Notes: generated from the letters alone by a model not told the origin. Shown: positions 1 through 8,779, counted from the first letter of the stretch. The stretch: 29,947 nucleotides of DNA from Armatimonadota bacterium (GCA_038248345.1 JBBRXO010000021.1:1-29947), one strand, 5' to 3'. Translations and numbers: made by a program.

Positions 1-46
1 CAAATAAATATTTTTTGGGGCTAAATAGTCCGAAAACATGACACTA

Positions 47-75
47 TTGACATACTGAAGAGAGGGGGTTATTAT
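47..75 (+). promoter_or_regulatory. sigma70-type promoter for the GT4 gene
   Basis: TTGACA (47-52), 17 bp spacer, TATTAT (70-75). Confidence 0.6.
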
Positions 76-150
76 GAATGTGGTAAACGACATTTAGATG
101 GGGTTTACCGAATACTTACACGGATTCAACTGTTCTGCTCGGGAGTGACA

Positions 151-1224
151 ATGCGCATTCTACATTTTTATGGTCATCAAGGTGCAAATGGCGTCACTTC
201 ATATATCAGTGACGTTAGCCGTCGGCTGCGAGAGCGTGGGCATACGCTGGGGGTGCTTTGCCGTGCCGATTGCGTTTTGCGGCAAGAATCGGGGAGCAAA
301 ACCTATCAGTACATCGGTGGGTTGCACCGTTGGCATTTGCAACGCTATTTGGCCCAACTTTTGCAGCAAACTGATATGTTGATTGTACATTCCCAGCGTG
401 ATGCTGAAGTAGCGTTGCAATGCGCACGGGTGGCTGGCATTCCGTCCTGTTATGTCGTTCATGAGCTATCCCATAATGCGGGAGATTTATCGCCTGTTGC
501 CGACAGCGTCATCGCCGTTTCCGCCGGTGTTGGTGGTTTTCTGCAGCAAACCTACGCTCCCGCTCACCTGTATATTGTCCCCAATGGTATTGACTTCGCC
601 ACCCTGCCCACCATACCGCGTGATGAGATTCGCCGGGAATACAGCTTTGCCAAAGATGAGATTTGGCTCGGCTTTGTGGGGCGCATTACTTCTAATAAAA
701 ATCTGCACGGGCTGATACAAGCGTTGGGTATGATCGCAGACGAGGCACCGCAATTGCACCTGGCAGTGTTGGGCGCAGGAAAGCTCGAGCGGCAGGCGCG
801 CAAAATGGCGACTGCCACCGGGCTGGGTGAACGTGTGCGCTTTATGGGGTGGCGTCCGCGTGCGGAGACCATGCGCATCGTCGCCGCCCTGGATATCTTC
901 GTGTTCCCCTCGCTGGAGGCAGAAGGGTTATCAATCTCACTACTGCAAGCCATGGCATTGGGGGTGCCTCCGCTCGTTGTGGACATACCGTCGTTGGTGG
1001 GAGGCCCGGTGCAGGATGGAGTTACCGGCTGGCTTTGCCCGGCCGGTGATCCAACGACACTGGCTGCTACCATTGGCACCTTAGCCAAGACAAACACAGT
1101 ACAGCGGCAGACCATCGGCCAGGTCGCCCGCGATATCGCCTATCAAAAACACCGCATCGAGCTGGTGGTAGATGCTATCGAGACGATGGCGCACGAGACT
1201 ATACAACGCGGACTATCTTTATGA
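151..1224 (+). CDS. Glycosyltransferase family 4 (GT-B fold, RfaB-like)
   Basis: MRILHF start, IVPNGID, FVGRITSNKN, DIFVFPS..EGLSISLLQAMALGVP, GVTGWL motifs; ATG 151 chosen over GTG 145. Confidence 0.88.
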   Translation: MRILHFYGHQGANGVTSYISDVSRRLRERGHTLGVLCRADCVLRQESGSKTYQYIGGLHRWHLQRYLAQLLQQTDMLIVHSQRDAEVALQCARVAGIPSCYVVHELSHNAGDLSPVADSVIAVSAGVGGFLQQTYAPAHLYIVPNGIDFATLPTIPRDEIRREYSFAKDEIWLGFVGRITSNKNLHGLIQALGMIADEAPQLHLAVLGAGKLERQARKMATATGLGERVRFMGWRPRAETMRIVAALDIFVFPSLEAEGLSISLLQAMALGVPPLVVDIPSLVGGPVQDGVTGWLCPAGDPTTLAATIGTLAKTNTVQRQTIGQVARDIAYQKHRIELVVDAIETMAHETIQRGLSL

Positions 1225-1234
1225 ACTGCAATAG

Positions 1235-1307
1235 GTAGTGATTGCAAAACCTTTTTTTCGCCGATATTGAAATCCCCAGCAACATAAAAGAGGATTGCAA
1301 GTACCTT
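1235..1307. repeat. Degenerate copy of the MITE termini seen at 13876-13973
   Basis: GTGATTGCAAAACCT at 1238-1252 is identical to part of the left TIR at 13876; AGGATTGCAAGTACCT at 1291-1306 resembles the right TIR. Confidence 0.5.
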
Positions 1308-1392
1308 ATCGGATTATTGTTTGTGCTGGGGTCGGAGCTATTGGAATAGTATTTCCACGTTGGAATTTGTCACTGGTTTGTTTCCCACCATA

Positions 1393-1421
1393 TTGACACC
1401 ACAGCCGTTTTTTTGTATGCT
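1393..1421 (+). promoter_or_regulatory. tRNA promoter
   Basis: TTGACA (1393-1398), 17 bp, TATGCT (1416-1421), 12 bp before the tRNA. Confidence 0.75.
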
Positions 1422-1433
1422 ATTAGTGGTTTT

Positions 1434-1509
<76 letters not shown>

Positions 1510-1520
1510 TTGTTTTTCGG

Positions 1521-1550
1521 AGCCGTGCCGTATTCGGCACGGCTTTTTCT
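1521..1550 (+). terminator. Intrinsic terminator after tRNA
   Basis: AGCCGTGCCG-TATT-CGGCACGGCT followed by T-run. Confidence 0.85.
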
Positions 1551-1645
1551 TTACCATGGTGGTGAAGTACCCGTAAAACGGGAGCAACTTAAGCGTGCAG
1601 AAATACGGGTTAGCCGAAATGGGTAGCAACTGCGTCCGGGGCCGG

Positions 1646-2386
1646 ATGCTGTTTTATATTACGTTGTTTTTTTTGCTGGCGCTATTCCCCTATGCAGTGC
1701 AAAGTCAACAACCACCCGTCGACATTGAAAAGCCCGATACTGCCATTGAAATCGGCATTACCTGCGACCTTACCGACCTGAGCACAAATAAAGATATCAT
1801 CAGTATTCGCCTGCCCAACAACATTGATGAGAAGAAGTTATACGATATTGTGACGGTGCTGGGGAGTAAATTCAACGCGCAACCGCAAAATGTCAGCATC
1901 CAGCACGGCGATCCACTCACCATTAAAGACCCGGGAATCGGCATTCTCCTGCAGTTGCCCGTGGTGCCGCGGGGGACGGGCACATTGCCGCTTTCGCCTT
2001 TTATCGAGACGTTGGCACGCGAAAACACCCAGATAAACATCGTCTATATCATCACTGGGCCATTCAAATATATCGGCTATGAGAAGTACGAAGATAAAGA
2101 TATCAAAGTAGTTTTCGACGAACCCTCAATAATGCCCGGGGCGTTTCCGGTGGCGATATACGGCACCAGCATTACCGTGCTTAATCAACAACTGGTGACC
2201 ATCCTGATGCCAGATATCCAATCGCCGGTGAAGCAGAAAAGCAACTGGATTTGGCCGTGGATTTTTGGTATCCTGATAGTTGGTATGGTAGCTGCGACAG
2301 TGGGTATAATTACTGTGATATACTTACCACGTTTGAAGGCCTGGGCTAAGGGTGACAGCAATAGTACAGAGGGAGAGCAAAAATGA
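1646..2386 (+). CDS. Hypothetical exported, single-pass membrane-anchored protein
   Basis: Hydrophobic N-terminal signal (MLFYITLFFLLALFPYAVQS) and C-terminal TM helix; stop overlaps the next ATG (ATGA); start uncertain. Confidence 0.7.
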   Translation: MLFYITLFFLLALFPYAVQSQQPPVDIEKPDTAIEIGITCDLTDLSTNKDIISIRLPNNIDEKKLYDIVTVLGSKFNAQPQNVSIQHGDPLTIKDPGIGILLQLPVVPRGTGTLPLSPFIETLARENTQINIVYIITGPFKYIGYEKYEDKDIKVVFDEPSIMPGAFPVAIYGTSITVLNQQLVTILMPDIQSPVKQKSNWIWPWIFGILIVGMVAATVGIITVIYLPRLKAWAKGDSNSTEGEQK

Positions 2387-3585
2387 ACGAAATGGGTCTT
2401 GAGGAACTGGTATCCGAGATTCGCGAGATCATACAGCCATTGAAATCCGCTGCTGAATTACAGGACTTGCTCTATCAGAGTCCGAAAGAATTCTTTACGG
2501 CGGTCTGTATGCAGGCAGTTACGCTGAAGGCGGCGGACATCTTCTGGAAGGCAGGCGCGCCCCCTTCCTACCGCCTCTCTTCACGTATCGTGCAACTTGA
2601 CATCGAACCACTCACCCCGGAAGACATGGATCATATCTTCTACGATAACGTGATGAGTGATTTTCAACGGAAGAAATTCGTAGAACGGCCAGAGATCGAC
2701 ACCGCGATGGAGATTCCTGGCGTAGTTCGTTTCCGAGTTAATATCTACCGGCAGCGCGGTTCCATAGCCTCTGTTATGCGCCTTATCCCTCTCGATATTC
2801 CTTCACTGGAAGAGTTGGGATTACCCAAAGTTCTCTCCTCATTAGTGGGACATAAGCAAGGGTTGATCATCATCACCGGCCCTACTGGTTCCGGCAAGAC
2901 GACGACACTGGCGGCGCTGATCGACTTGATTAATACCAACCGCCGCTGCAACATCATTACCATCGAAGACCCGATTGAGTTCACTCATCGCGACAAACTC
3001 TCGGTGGTGAGTCAGCGTGAAGTGGGCGTGGATACGAACAACTTCGCTGATGCCCTGCGCGCTGTACTCCGCCAGGCGCCAGACGTCATTCTCATCGGTG
3101 AAATGCGTGACCAGGAGACGGTCTCAACCGCCATGACGGCGGCGGAAACCGGCCACCTTATCTTCACTACTCTGCATACCAACAGCGCGCCGGAAACGGT
3201 AGAGCGTGTTGTAAACATGTTCCCCCCCGGTGAGAAGATGCAAATATGTCTCCGCCTGGCCGATACCTTGCTGGCGGTGCTCTCGCAGAAGCTGCCCGCC
3301 ACGGTAGACAAAAAAGGGCGCGTGTGCGCAATGGAGATCATGATCAACACCCCGACGATCTCCAAGTTCATCGAAGAAGGGAAAGCGAGCCTTATCGGCC
3401 CCGCCGTAACCGAGGGCGCATACTGGGGTATGCAGTCGATGAATATGTCGCTGATGGATCATTACAAAGCGGGACATATCACCGAGCATACCGCTATCCT
3501 GTACGCAGGCAACGCTACCGAGATGCGGCAGGCCATTCGTCGCCTTGCCCAGGCCAATATTAAGACAACGGCAACAGCGCGCTGA
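2383..3585 (+). CDS. pilT: PilT/PilU family type IV pilus retraction ATPase
   Basis: RFRVNIYRQRG, Walker A GPTGSGKTT, TIEDPIE, QREVG, Walker B LIGEMRD, His box AETGHL..TLH, GMQSM. Confidence 0.93.
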   Translation: MNEMGLEELVSEIREIIQPLKSAAELQDLLYQSPKEFFTAVCMQAVTLKAADIFWKAGAPPSYRLSSRIVQLDIEPLTPEDMDHIFYDNVMSDFQRKKFVERPEIDTAMEIPGVVRFRVNIYRQRGSIASVMRLIPLDIPSLEELGLPKVLSSLVGHKQGLIIITGPTGSGKTTTLAALIDLINTNRRCNIITIEDPIEFTHRDKLSVVSQREVGVDTNNFADALRAVLRQAPDVILIGEMRDQETVSTAMTAAETGHLIFTTLHTNSAPETVERVVNMFPPGEKMQICLRLADTLLAVLSQKLPATVDKKGRVCAMEIMINTPTISKFIEEGKASLIGPAVTEGAYWGMQSMNMSLMDHYKAGHITEHTAILYAGNATEMRQAIRRLAQANIKTTATAR

Positions 3586-3649
3586 TAATATTGCGGAGCG
3601 CACCTATTTAAGAAAAGACCACGGAGAGAACAAGCGATCTCCCCGAAAC

Positions 3650-3679
3650 TTGACGTCATAGCCCTATTGCAGGTATTAT
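3650..3679 (+). promoter_or_regulatory. Putative sigma70 promoter
   Basis: TTGACG (3650-3655), 18 bp, TATTAT (3674-3679). Confidence 0.45.
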
Positions 3680-3765
3680 ATTAGGCTGTGTGACAGTCCC
3701 CGTCGCTTGAACGTTTGATAGGGGATGGCCTGGTTAAAAAAAACCGGTCAGAGGAGGAGTGCACG

Positions 3766-5619
3766 GTGACAACCGAGCAATTTGAAGTGCAACTTACTGT
3801 TGATAGTTCTGCCGTTCATTTATTGAGCGATACCGTGTCGGATTATCTACTGAACCGCGGACATGCGGCGAAGATTGGCGAAATTGCCACACAGGCGGGA
3901 AAACGCCTGGGAGCAAATTCTAAGCTAATTCGGAAAGTGTTGTCCGATAACAGTTCACAATTTGTAAATGAGGAGCGACGCTGGAACTTGTCGATACGAT
4001 CCCTGTTCCATCGTCCTATAGAAGGCGCCATCCAGCAGGTGCTGCGGCTATACGGCAAACCATTATCATTGAATGCGCTTAGCAATGAGCTGGCTGTTCT
4101 TAATGCCCGTTCGCCAGAATATTTCCGCGCTTTTCTGCCGGCTTTCCTGGCACAGCGCGTTGGTACCTATTTCCAATTACCCGCCAACCGGTGGGGATTA
4201 CGCGAATGGCTTCTCGATACTATTGCAGAGACAGAAGAAGAGATGACCCAGCGCAATTTCTTCGCTATGTCGGAAGAGACCGCCGCACAATTAGCCGCTG
4301 TCCGCAAAGTTAAGATCACCACAAAAATGAGCTTCGTCGAGGCCACGCATACCATCCTGAAGGCACTGCATCGGCCCGCATCCACCCGCATGATCTCCTT
4401 CGCCTTATGGCTAGCGCATAAAGGTATCGTGGATACGCAAGCTATCTATACACAATTAGATGCCGACCCGCGTTTCCATATGCTCTCCGGCAGCAACTGG
4501 TTGCTGACAGAAGAAGTGGAAGATGCCGCCCGGCTGATCCAGGCACTCTCGGAAGAAGCCGAGAAGACACTGGCCGAAGAAGATGTCACCGATGGCCCAT
4601 ACGAGGCACGTGAAGAAGACCTGAACGAGATTTATGACTACCTGGTAGAGCATGGGCGCGCAGAAAAGCTCTCCGATCTTATCGAAGCGGTACTGGAATT
4701 TGGCCGTACCTCACCTCGCTTTACCTCGGTCAATGACAGTCTGTTGGTCGCCCTTACTGAAGACGACCGCTTCCAGCAAGTGGGCGTACAGACATGGATC
4801 GTCCCGGCGCTGATTCCGACGGAAGTCAACGAAGTGCCGGCAGAACTACAGCCGGAGTTCCTCGATCCTGCGATGCTCCCCGACCCCGAGACCGATGCTG
4901 AACTGGAAGATGAAGGACTGGATGGCGGACTCGCCATGTGGGTTCATGACCCTCGGTACGAAGATTTCGGTGGTGAGCACGAAGTGGAGCTGTCCCCAGA
5001 GCTGATGTCCGGCGAGACTATTCTCGACGAGACGCGCATCTCACTGCTCTACGACCATCGTGAAATGGGCACGTTGAAGCTACGCCAGGCGGACATGTCC
5101 TTCTTCCCGAACGAAACCTCTGTAGCATGTCTGACGGTACATACGGAAGATAATACTGACTTCCAGATGTGGATCAGCAACAGCGAGTTGCTGGTGCACG
5201 GGCTGGCCAACTGGTATGACAAGCATGACCTGCCAGTAGGCGCTGTGCTCACCTTCAAGCGTGGGGCTGAACCGGACGACTTCAACCTCACCTGGGACGG
5301 CGAGATGGATTCGTTGGTTACCATCAGCGAAGATCGCATCGCCGAACTGCTGGAGATGCACGAAACCGCCGTCGAAGAGAACTGGTCGGTCTTTGAAATC
5401 ATGCGCCATGTGCTCACGGGCAACCCGGAGGGCAGTCTCTTCCTCACCATCTGGGCCGAAGTGAATGTCATCCGTCGCACCCCCAAGCGCATCGTAGCGT
5501 CGAACCTGAGCAGCTATCACTGCTACGTGCAAATCACCAATAGCGAGCGCTGGAAAATCGACGAGCGCAAAGTCGAGCAGGGACGTAAGAAAACCAAAAA
5601 ACGTTTCATCCAGCAATAA
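3766..5619 (+). CDS. Acidic hypothetical protein with putative tandem winged-helix (HARE-HTH / RNAP delta N-domain-like) repeats
   Basis: Long ORF; GTG 3766 preceded by GAGGAGG; recurring L-x(2-4)-D-x-R-F-x(6-7)-W-x-L-like motifs; basic C-terminal tail. ORF is well supported, domain call is by eye. Confidence 0.7.
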   Translation: MTTEQFEVQLTVDSSAVHLLSDTVSDYLLNRGHAAKIGEIATQAGKRLGANSKLIRKVLSDNSSQFVNEERRWNLSIRSLFHRPIEGAIQQVLRLYGKPLSLNALSNELAVLNARSPEYFRAFLPAFLAQRVGTYFQLPANRWGLREWLLDTIAETEEEMTQRNFFAMSEETAAQLAAVRKVKITTKMSFVEATHTILKALHRPASTRMISFALWLAHKGIVDTQAIYTQLDADPRFHMLSGSNWLLTEEVEDAARLIQALSEEAEKTLAEEDVTDGPYEAREEDLNEIYDYLVEHGRAEKLSDLIEAVLEFGRTSPRFTSVNDSLLVALTEDDRFQQVGVQTWIVPALIPTEVNEVPAELQPEFLDPAMLPDPETDAELEDEGLDGGLAMWVHDPRYEDFGGEHEVELSPELMSGETILDETRISLLYDHREMGTLKLRQADMSFFPNETSVACLTVHTEDNTDFQMWISNSELLVHGLANWYDKHDLPVGAVLTFKRGAEPDDFNLTWDGEMDSLVTISEDRIAELLEMHETAVEENWSVFEIMRHVLTGNPEGSLFLTIWAEVNVIRRTPKRIVASNLSSYHCYVQITNSERWKIDERKVEQGRKKTKKRFIQQ

Positions 5620-5640
5620 CATAATGGATGAGTGAACATG

Positions 5641-5678
5641 AGCCACCGCCTGATCTGTTTCGGGCGGTGGCTTTTTGT
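5641..5678 (+). terminator. Intrinsic terminator
   Basis: AGCCACCGCC(TGA)...(TCG)GGCGGTGGCT followed by TTTTGT. Confidence 0.85.
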
Positions 5679-5723
5679 TAGGTCTGTAGGTCTGTAGGTT
5701 CTAATATGATGTCTGGAAGGGGT

Positions 5724-5789
5724 TGTAGCCCGCGCCCGCCGTGGCGCGTTTTTGCTTACACAAGCGCGCCACAGCGGGCGCGGTCTACA
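5724..5789. repeat. GTAG-type REP doublet (inverted pair)
   Basis: TGTAGCCCGCGCCCGCCGTGGCGCG ... CGCGCCACAGCGGGCGCGGTCTACA; partial extra copy to about 5805. Confidence 0.7.
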
Positions 5790-5949
5790 GCGGGCGCGCG
5801 CCACAGTCGCAAAATATTTCATTACAGAGCGTTGGTTACCATCTCTTCCCCCTGAAGCAAAACAGTTCAAAAAAGGAACGCTCCCCGCTAATGCAGAAGT
5901 AATAAATAGGACACAATAGTTCGGAGGATAAACGATGAGAGTTGGGGGA

Positions 5950-7416
5950 ATGAAAAACTGGTTATGGCGCACGACGTCTGTGCTGGGCATTACAGCATCG
6001 CTGGCACTGGCGCTCGCCTCTTGCAATAAACCAGGGGGCAACCCGACAGTGGTGCCTGTGAAGGCCAAAGGGCCGGTGATAACGCTGCAGGAGCTTCCCG
6101 CCGATTACGATTATCCGCCGGTGCCACAGAAGAAGGAGCTACCCTTTGTCGATCTCTTCGTTGACTCGCAGCCACGCCCGGAGCTGGTGAAGAAGTACTT
6201 CTCCAACGGGAAATTCGAGCCGGAGCAGGGGTGCTATCTGGGTGCCTATGTGGTATGGGATGACCAGGCAACGGGCATCAAAGACAAAAACGGTGTATTG
6301 CAATCCAAAGAGAAGTCCTTCGGGCAACTCGTGAATAAGAAACTCGCCAGCTCTTTTACCTATATGGGCTATGGCAGAAAAGAATTCCCGCTGGAATGGG
6401 CACAGGGATTGGCCGCCGAGGGGATTATCCCGCATATCGCAGTGGAGCCGAATGACGGGCTGGATCCGGTGAAAGACGACGCCTACCTAGAGAAGTTCGC
6501 CAAGGATTGTGCCTCGTTGAACTATCCGATACTGATGCGTTTCGCCAGCGAGATGAATGGTGACTGGGTGGCCTACGGCGGCAACCCGAAGAAATATATC
6601 GAGAAATGGCGCATGGTGCATGACGTATTCGCCAAGAACGCCCCCAATGTGGCCTTCTTCTGGTGCCCCTTCGTGTGGCCGCAGGAGAAGATCGAGTCCT
6701 TTTATCCCGGCGATGATTACGTAGATTACGTGGGACTCAATGTCTATGACATCTATTACCACAACAACAAAAGATCGGCCCCGGCCTTCCACGAGAACCC
6801 GACCGACCTCTTCAATTTCATCTACATCACCTACGCCAGCCGCAAGCCGATCATCATCGGCGAGTTCGGCGCGGCGCGCATGGACTCGCTCGACAAAGTG
6901 GAACGTAACGACTTCGCCGCTTCCAAAATGTCGCAGATGATCACCGCACTGCCGCGCTACTACCCGCGGGTGAAGATGTTCAACTTCTTCGACTGCGACA
7001 ATATGAAGCACGCCCCGGAAGGGCGCATGTTGAGCAACTACTCGATCACAGACGACAAAACCATCCTCGGCATCGTGCAGAAGAATATCTCGCGCAGCTA
7101 CTACCTGGCCGATCTGGTAGATGCGAAGAATCCGGCCAAAGAAGTGATCCCCATCACCGCGCAGGTCAAAGACGGAGCCACCTGGAAGGGCCTCGCCCGC
7201 GTCTCCTGCTGGGTGAAGGTGGCGGACTTCAAACCGACGGTGGTCTACACCCTCGACGGCACCGAGATATTCCGCAGCGCCACCCAGGGCGACTACCGCT
7301 TCGACCTCGACACCGCCAAATACCCCGTCGGCGAGCATACTATCAAGGTGGAAGTATTCGACCAAAAGAACAAATCGCTGAAGAGCAGAGAAGTGAAAGT
7401 AGAATTTGCGAAATAA
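5950..7416 (+). CDS. Glycoside hydrolase family 26 lipoprotein with C-terminal Ig-like domain
   Basis: Lipobox LALASC; RFASEMNGDW (acid/base), YPGDDYVDYVGL, KPIIIGEFG (nucleophile); C-terminal LDTAKYPVGEHTIKVEVFD; alternative start 5935. Confidence 0.85.
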   Translation: MKNWLWRTTSVLGITASLALALASCNKPGGNPTVVPVKAKGPVITLQELPADYDYPPVPQKKELPFVDLFVDSQPRPELVKKYFSNGKFEPEQGCYLGAYVVWDDQATGIKDKNGVLQSKEKSFGQLVNKKLASSFTYMGYGRKEFPLEWAQGLAAEGIIPHIAVEPNDGLDPVKDDAYLEKFAKDCASLNYPILMRFASEMNGDWVAYGGNPKKYIEKWRMVHDVFAKNAPNVAFFWCPFVWPQEKIESFYPGDDYVDYVGLNVYDIYYHNNKRSAPAFHENPTDLFNFIYITYASRKPIIIGEFGAARMDSLDKVERNDFAASKMSQMITALPRYYPRVKMFNFFDCDNMKHAPEGRMLSNYSITDDKTILGIVQKNISRSYYLADLVDAKNPAKEVIPITAQVKDGATWKGLARVSCWVKVADFKPTVVYTLDGTEIFRSATQGDYRFDLDTAKYPVGEHTIKVEVFDQKNKSLKSREVKVEFAK

Positions 7417-7432
7417 CGTTGTTCGTAAATAT

Positions 7433-7575
7433 TACCCCGGCGTTGCCCGGGGCTACGATATTTATCTGATTGAATGTTAATGTATCGTATCAGCCAGTAT
7501 ATTTAATTACGAGCTGATACGGTAATAGGCAATTAGAGAGAAATAATAACATAGCCTCGGGCAACGCCCGGGGTA
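7433..7575. repeat. REP-like inverted pair (CCCCGG-CGTTG-CCCGGGG family) around an AT-rich spacer
   Basis: TACCCCGGCGTTGCCCGGGGCTA (7433-7455) and TAGCCTCGGGCAACGCCCGGGGTA (7552-7575); inner IR CGTATCAGC (7486) / GCTGATACG (7513). Confidence 0.7.
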
Positions 7576-7579
7576 GCGT

Positions 7580-7607
7580 TAGTGACTAGTGACTAGTGAC
7601 TAGCGAC
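7580..7607. repeat. 7-bp tandem repeat (TAGTGAC)x3 + TAGCGAC
   Basis: Read directly; abuts the RBS of the ParB-like gene. Confidence 0.85.
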
Positions 7608-7619
7608 TAAAGGACTTAA

Positions 7620-8453
7620 ATGGACACCGTATCAATACATGAACTAGTCTTCGACGTTAACCTCAATCCGCGCCAGCGCGGGGTGGATCAGGAAGTGGTG
7701 GAGTATTATGCCACCATCTTCAAGGAGGTCATCTGGCCGCCGGTGATGGCGGATCGCGCCACCCGCAAGCTGCTGGACGGCTGGCACCGCGTGGAGGCGG
7801 CCAAGCGTGCGGGCGTGTACACGATAGCGGTGCAGTGGGTGGACGCCAAAGAGGAAGACCTCTTCCCGCTGGCGGTGAAGTTCAACCTGGCGCACGGGGT
7901 ACACCTGTCGAAAGAAGAGCGCCTGAAGGCGATTATCCGCATGATGCGCGAAGGCTGGACGCACGAGCGCGTGGCCGAATTCCTCGGCTGCAGCATGGGC
8001 CTGGTGGCCTCGGCGGAGAAGGCGGATGACCTGCGCGGCAAGCTGAAGGTGCATGATCTGCCCGGCGCGGCGCTACCCATGGAGACGCTGGCTGAGGTGG
8101 CCAAGCTCGACTACATCTTCCACGAAGAGATCGCCGAGCTCGCCTGCGATGTAGAGGCCAAGCCCGGCGACGTGCGCCGTACCGTGCGCGCTATCAAAAA
8201 GGGCGACATCGAGAGCGACGAAGAGATCCGCCGCACCATGACCGACCCCGAGTACCTGAAAGCCCGCGCCAACGCCCTGCCCGCGCTGGAGGCCGACGGC
8301 GACTGGATGATGACTTTTGCCACGCTGGTAGACCGCATGGAGACGCGCCAGCTCACCATCACCCCGCTAGAGCGCGACGCCGCCGTCGCCCTCTTCCACC
8401 GCATGCGCACCTGGGCCGACCGCCAACTGGCGCTGCTGGGGGCGGAGGAGTGA
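7620..8453 (+). CDS. ParB/Srx N-terminal domain protein with HTH (StrR-like architecture)
   Basis: PPVM..LLDGWHRVEAA (GxxRxxA), NLAHGVHLSKEER, HTH WTHERVAEFLGCSMGLV. Confidence 0.8.
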   Translation: MDTVSIHELVFDVNLNPRQRGVDQEVVEYYATIFKEVIWPPVMADRATRKLLDGWHRVEAAKRAGVYTIAVQWVDAKEEDLFPLAVKFNLAHGVHLSKEERLKAIIRMMREGWTHERVAEFLGCSMGLVASAEKADDLRGKLKVHDLPGAALPMETLAEVAKLDYIFHEEIAELACDVEAKPGDVRRTVRAIKKGDIESDEEIRRTMTDPEYLKARANALPALEADGDWMMTFATLVDRMETRQLTITPLERDAAVALFHRMRTWADRQLALLGAEE

Positions 8454-8480
8454 TGGTTTGATTTTTTTGAACCACTGCCC

Positions 8481-8677
8481 GTAGCATGGGCGGGACGCCC
8501 ATGAGAACGGGGCTGCAGCTCTTAGTCCACCCCCTGAAGGAGGTGGCTAACAACGGCAAGCACGCTAAAGCGCGCTGATAATGCTCCTTGAGCGCCCTTC
8601 AGGGTGCTTGATCTTATAGCCATGTGCTTTAGCGCGTGGTCGAAGCCCCGTTCTCATGGGCGGGACGCCCTTGCTAC
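8481..8677. repeat. Nested REP composite (BIME/REPIN-like)
   Basis: Outer 34-bp IR GTAGCATGGGCGGGACGCCCATGAGAACGGGGCT / AGCCCCGTTCTCATGGGCGGGACGCCCTTGCTAC enclosing four CTGAAG/CTAAAG-loop palindromes (8527, 8558, 8591, 8617). Confidence 0.8.
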
Positions 8678-8779
8678 AATCCTGCCGGCCTCATACACAG
8701 CCATGTACCTGGCGCGCGGTGACCCTATTCCCGTTCTCCCACCCCACCGTGGAATAGAATATTTGACGCCCACACATGC

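Noticed and set aside
6487..7365. 292-aa antisense ORF
   Set aside because: Shadow of the GC3-rich GH26 gene; no recognisable motifs
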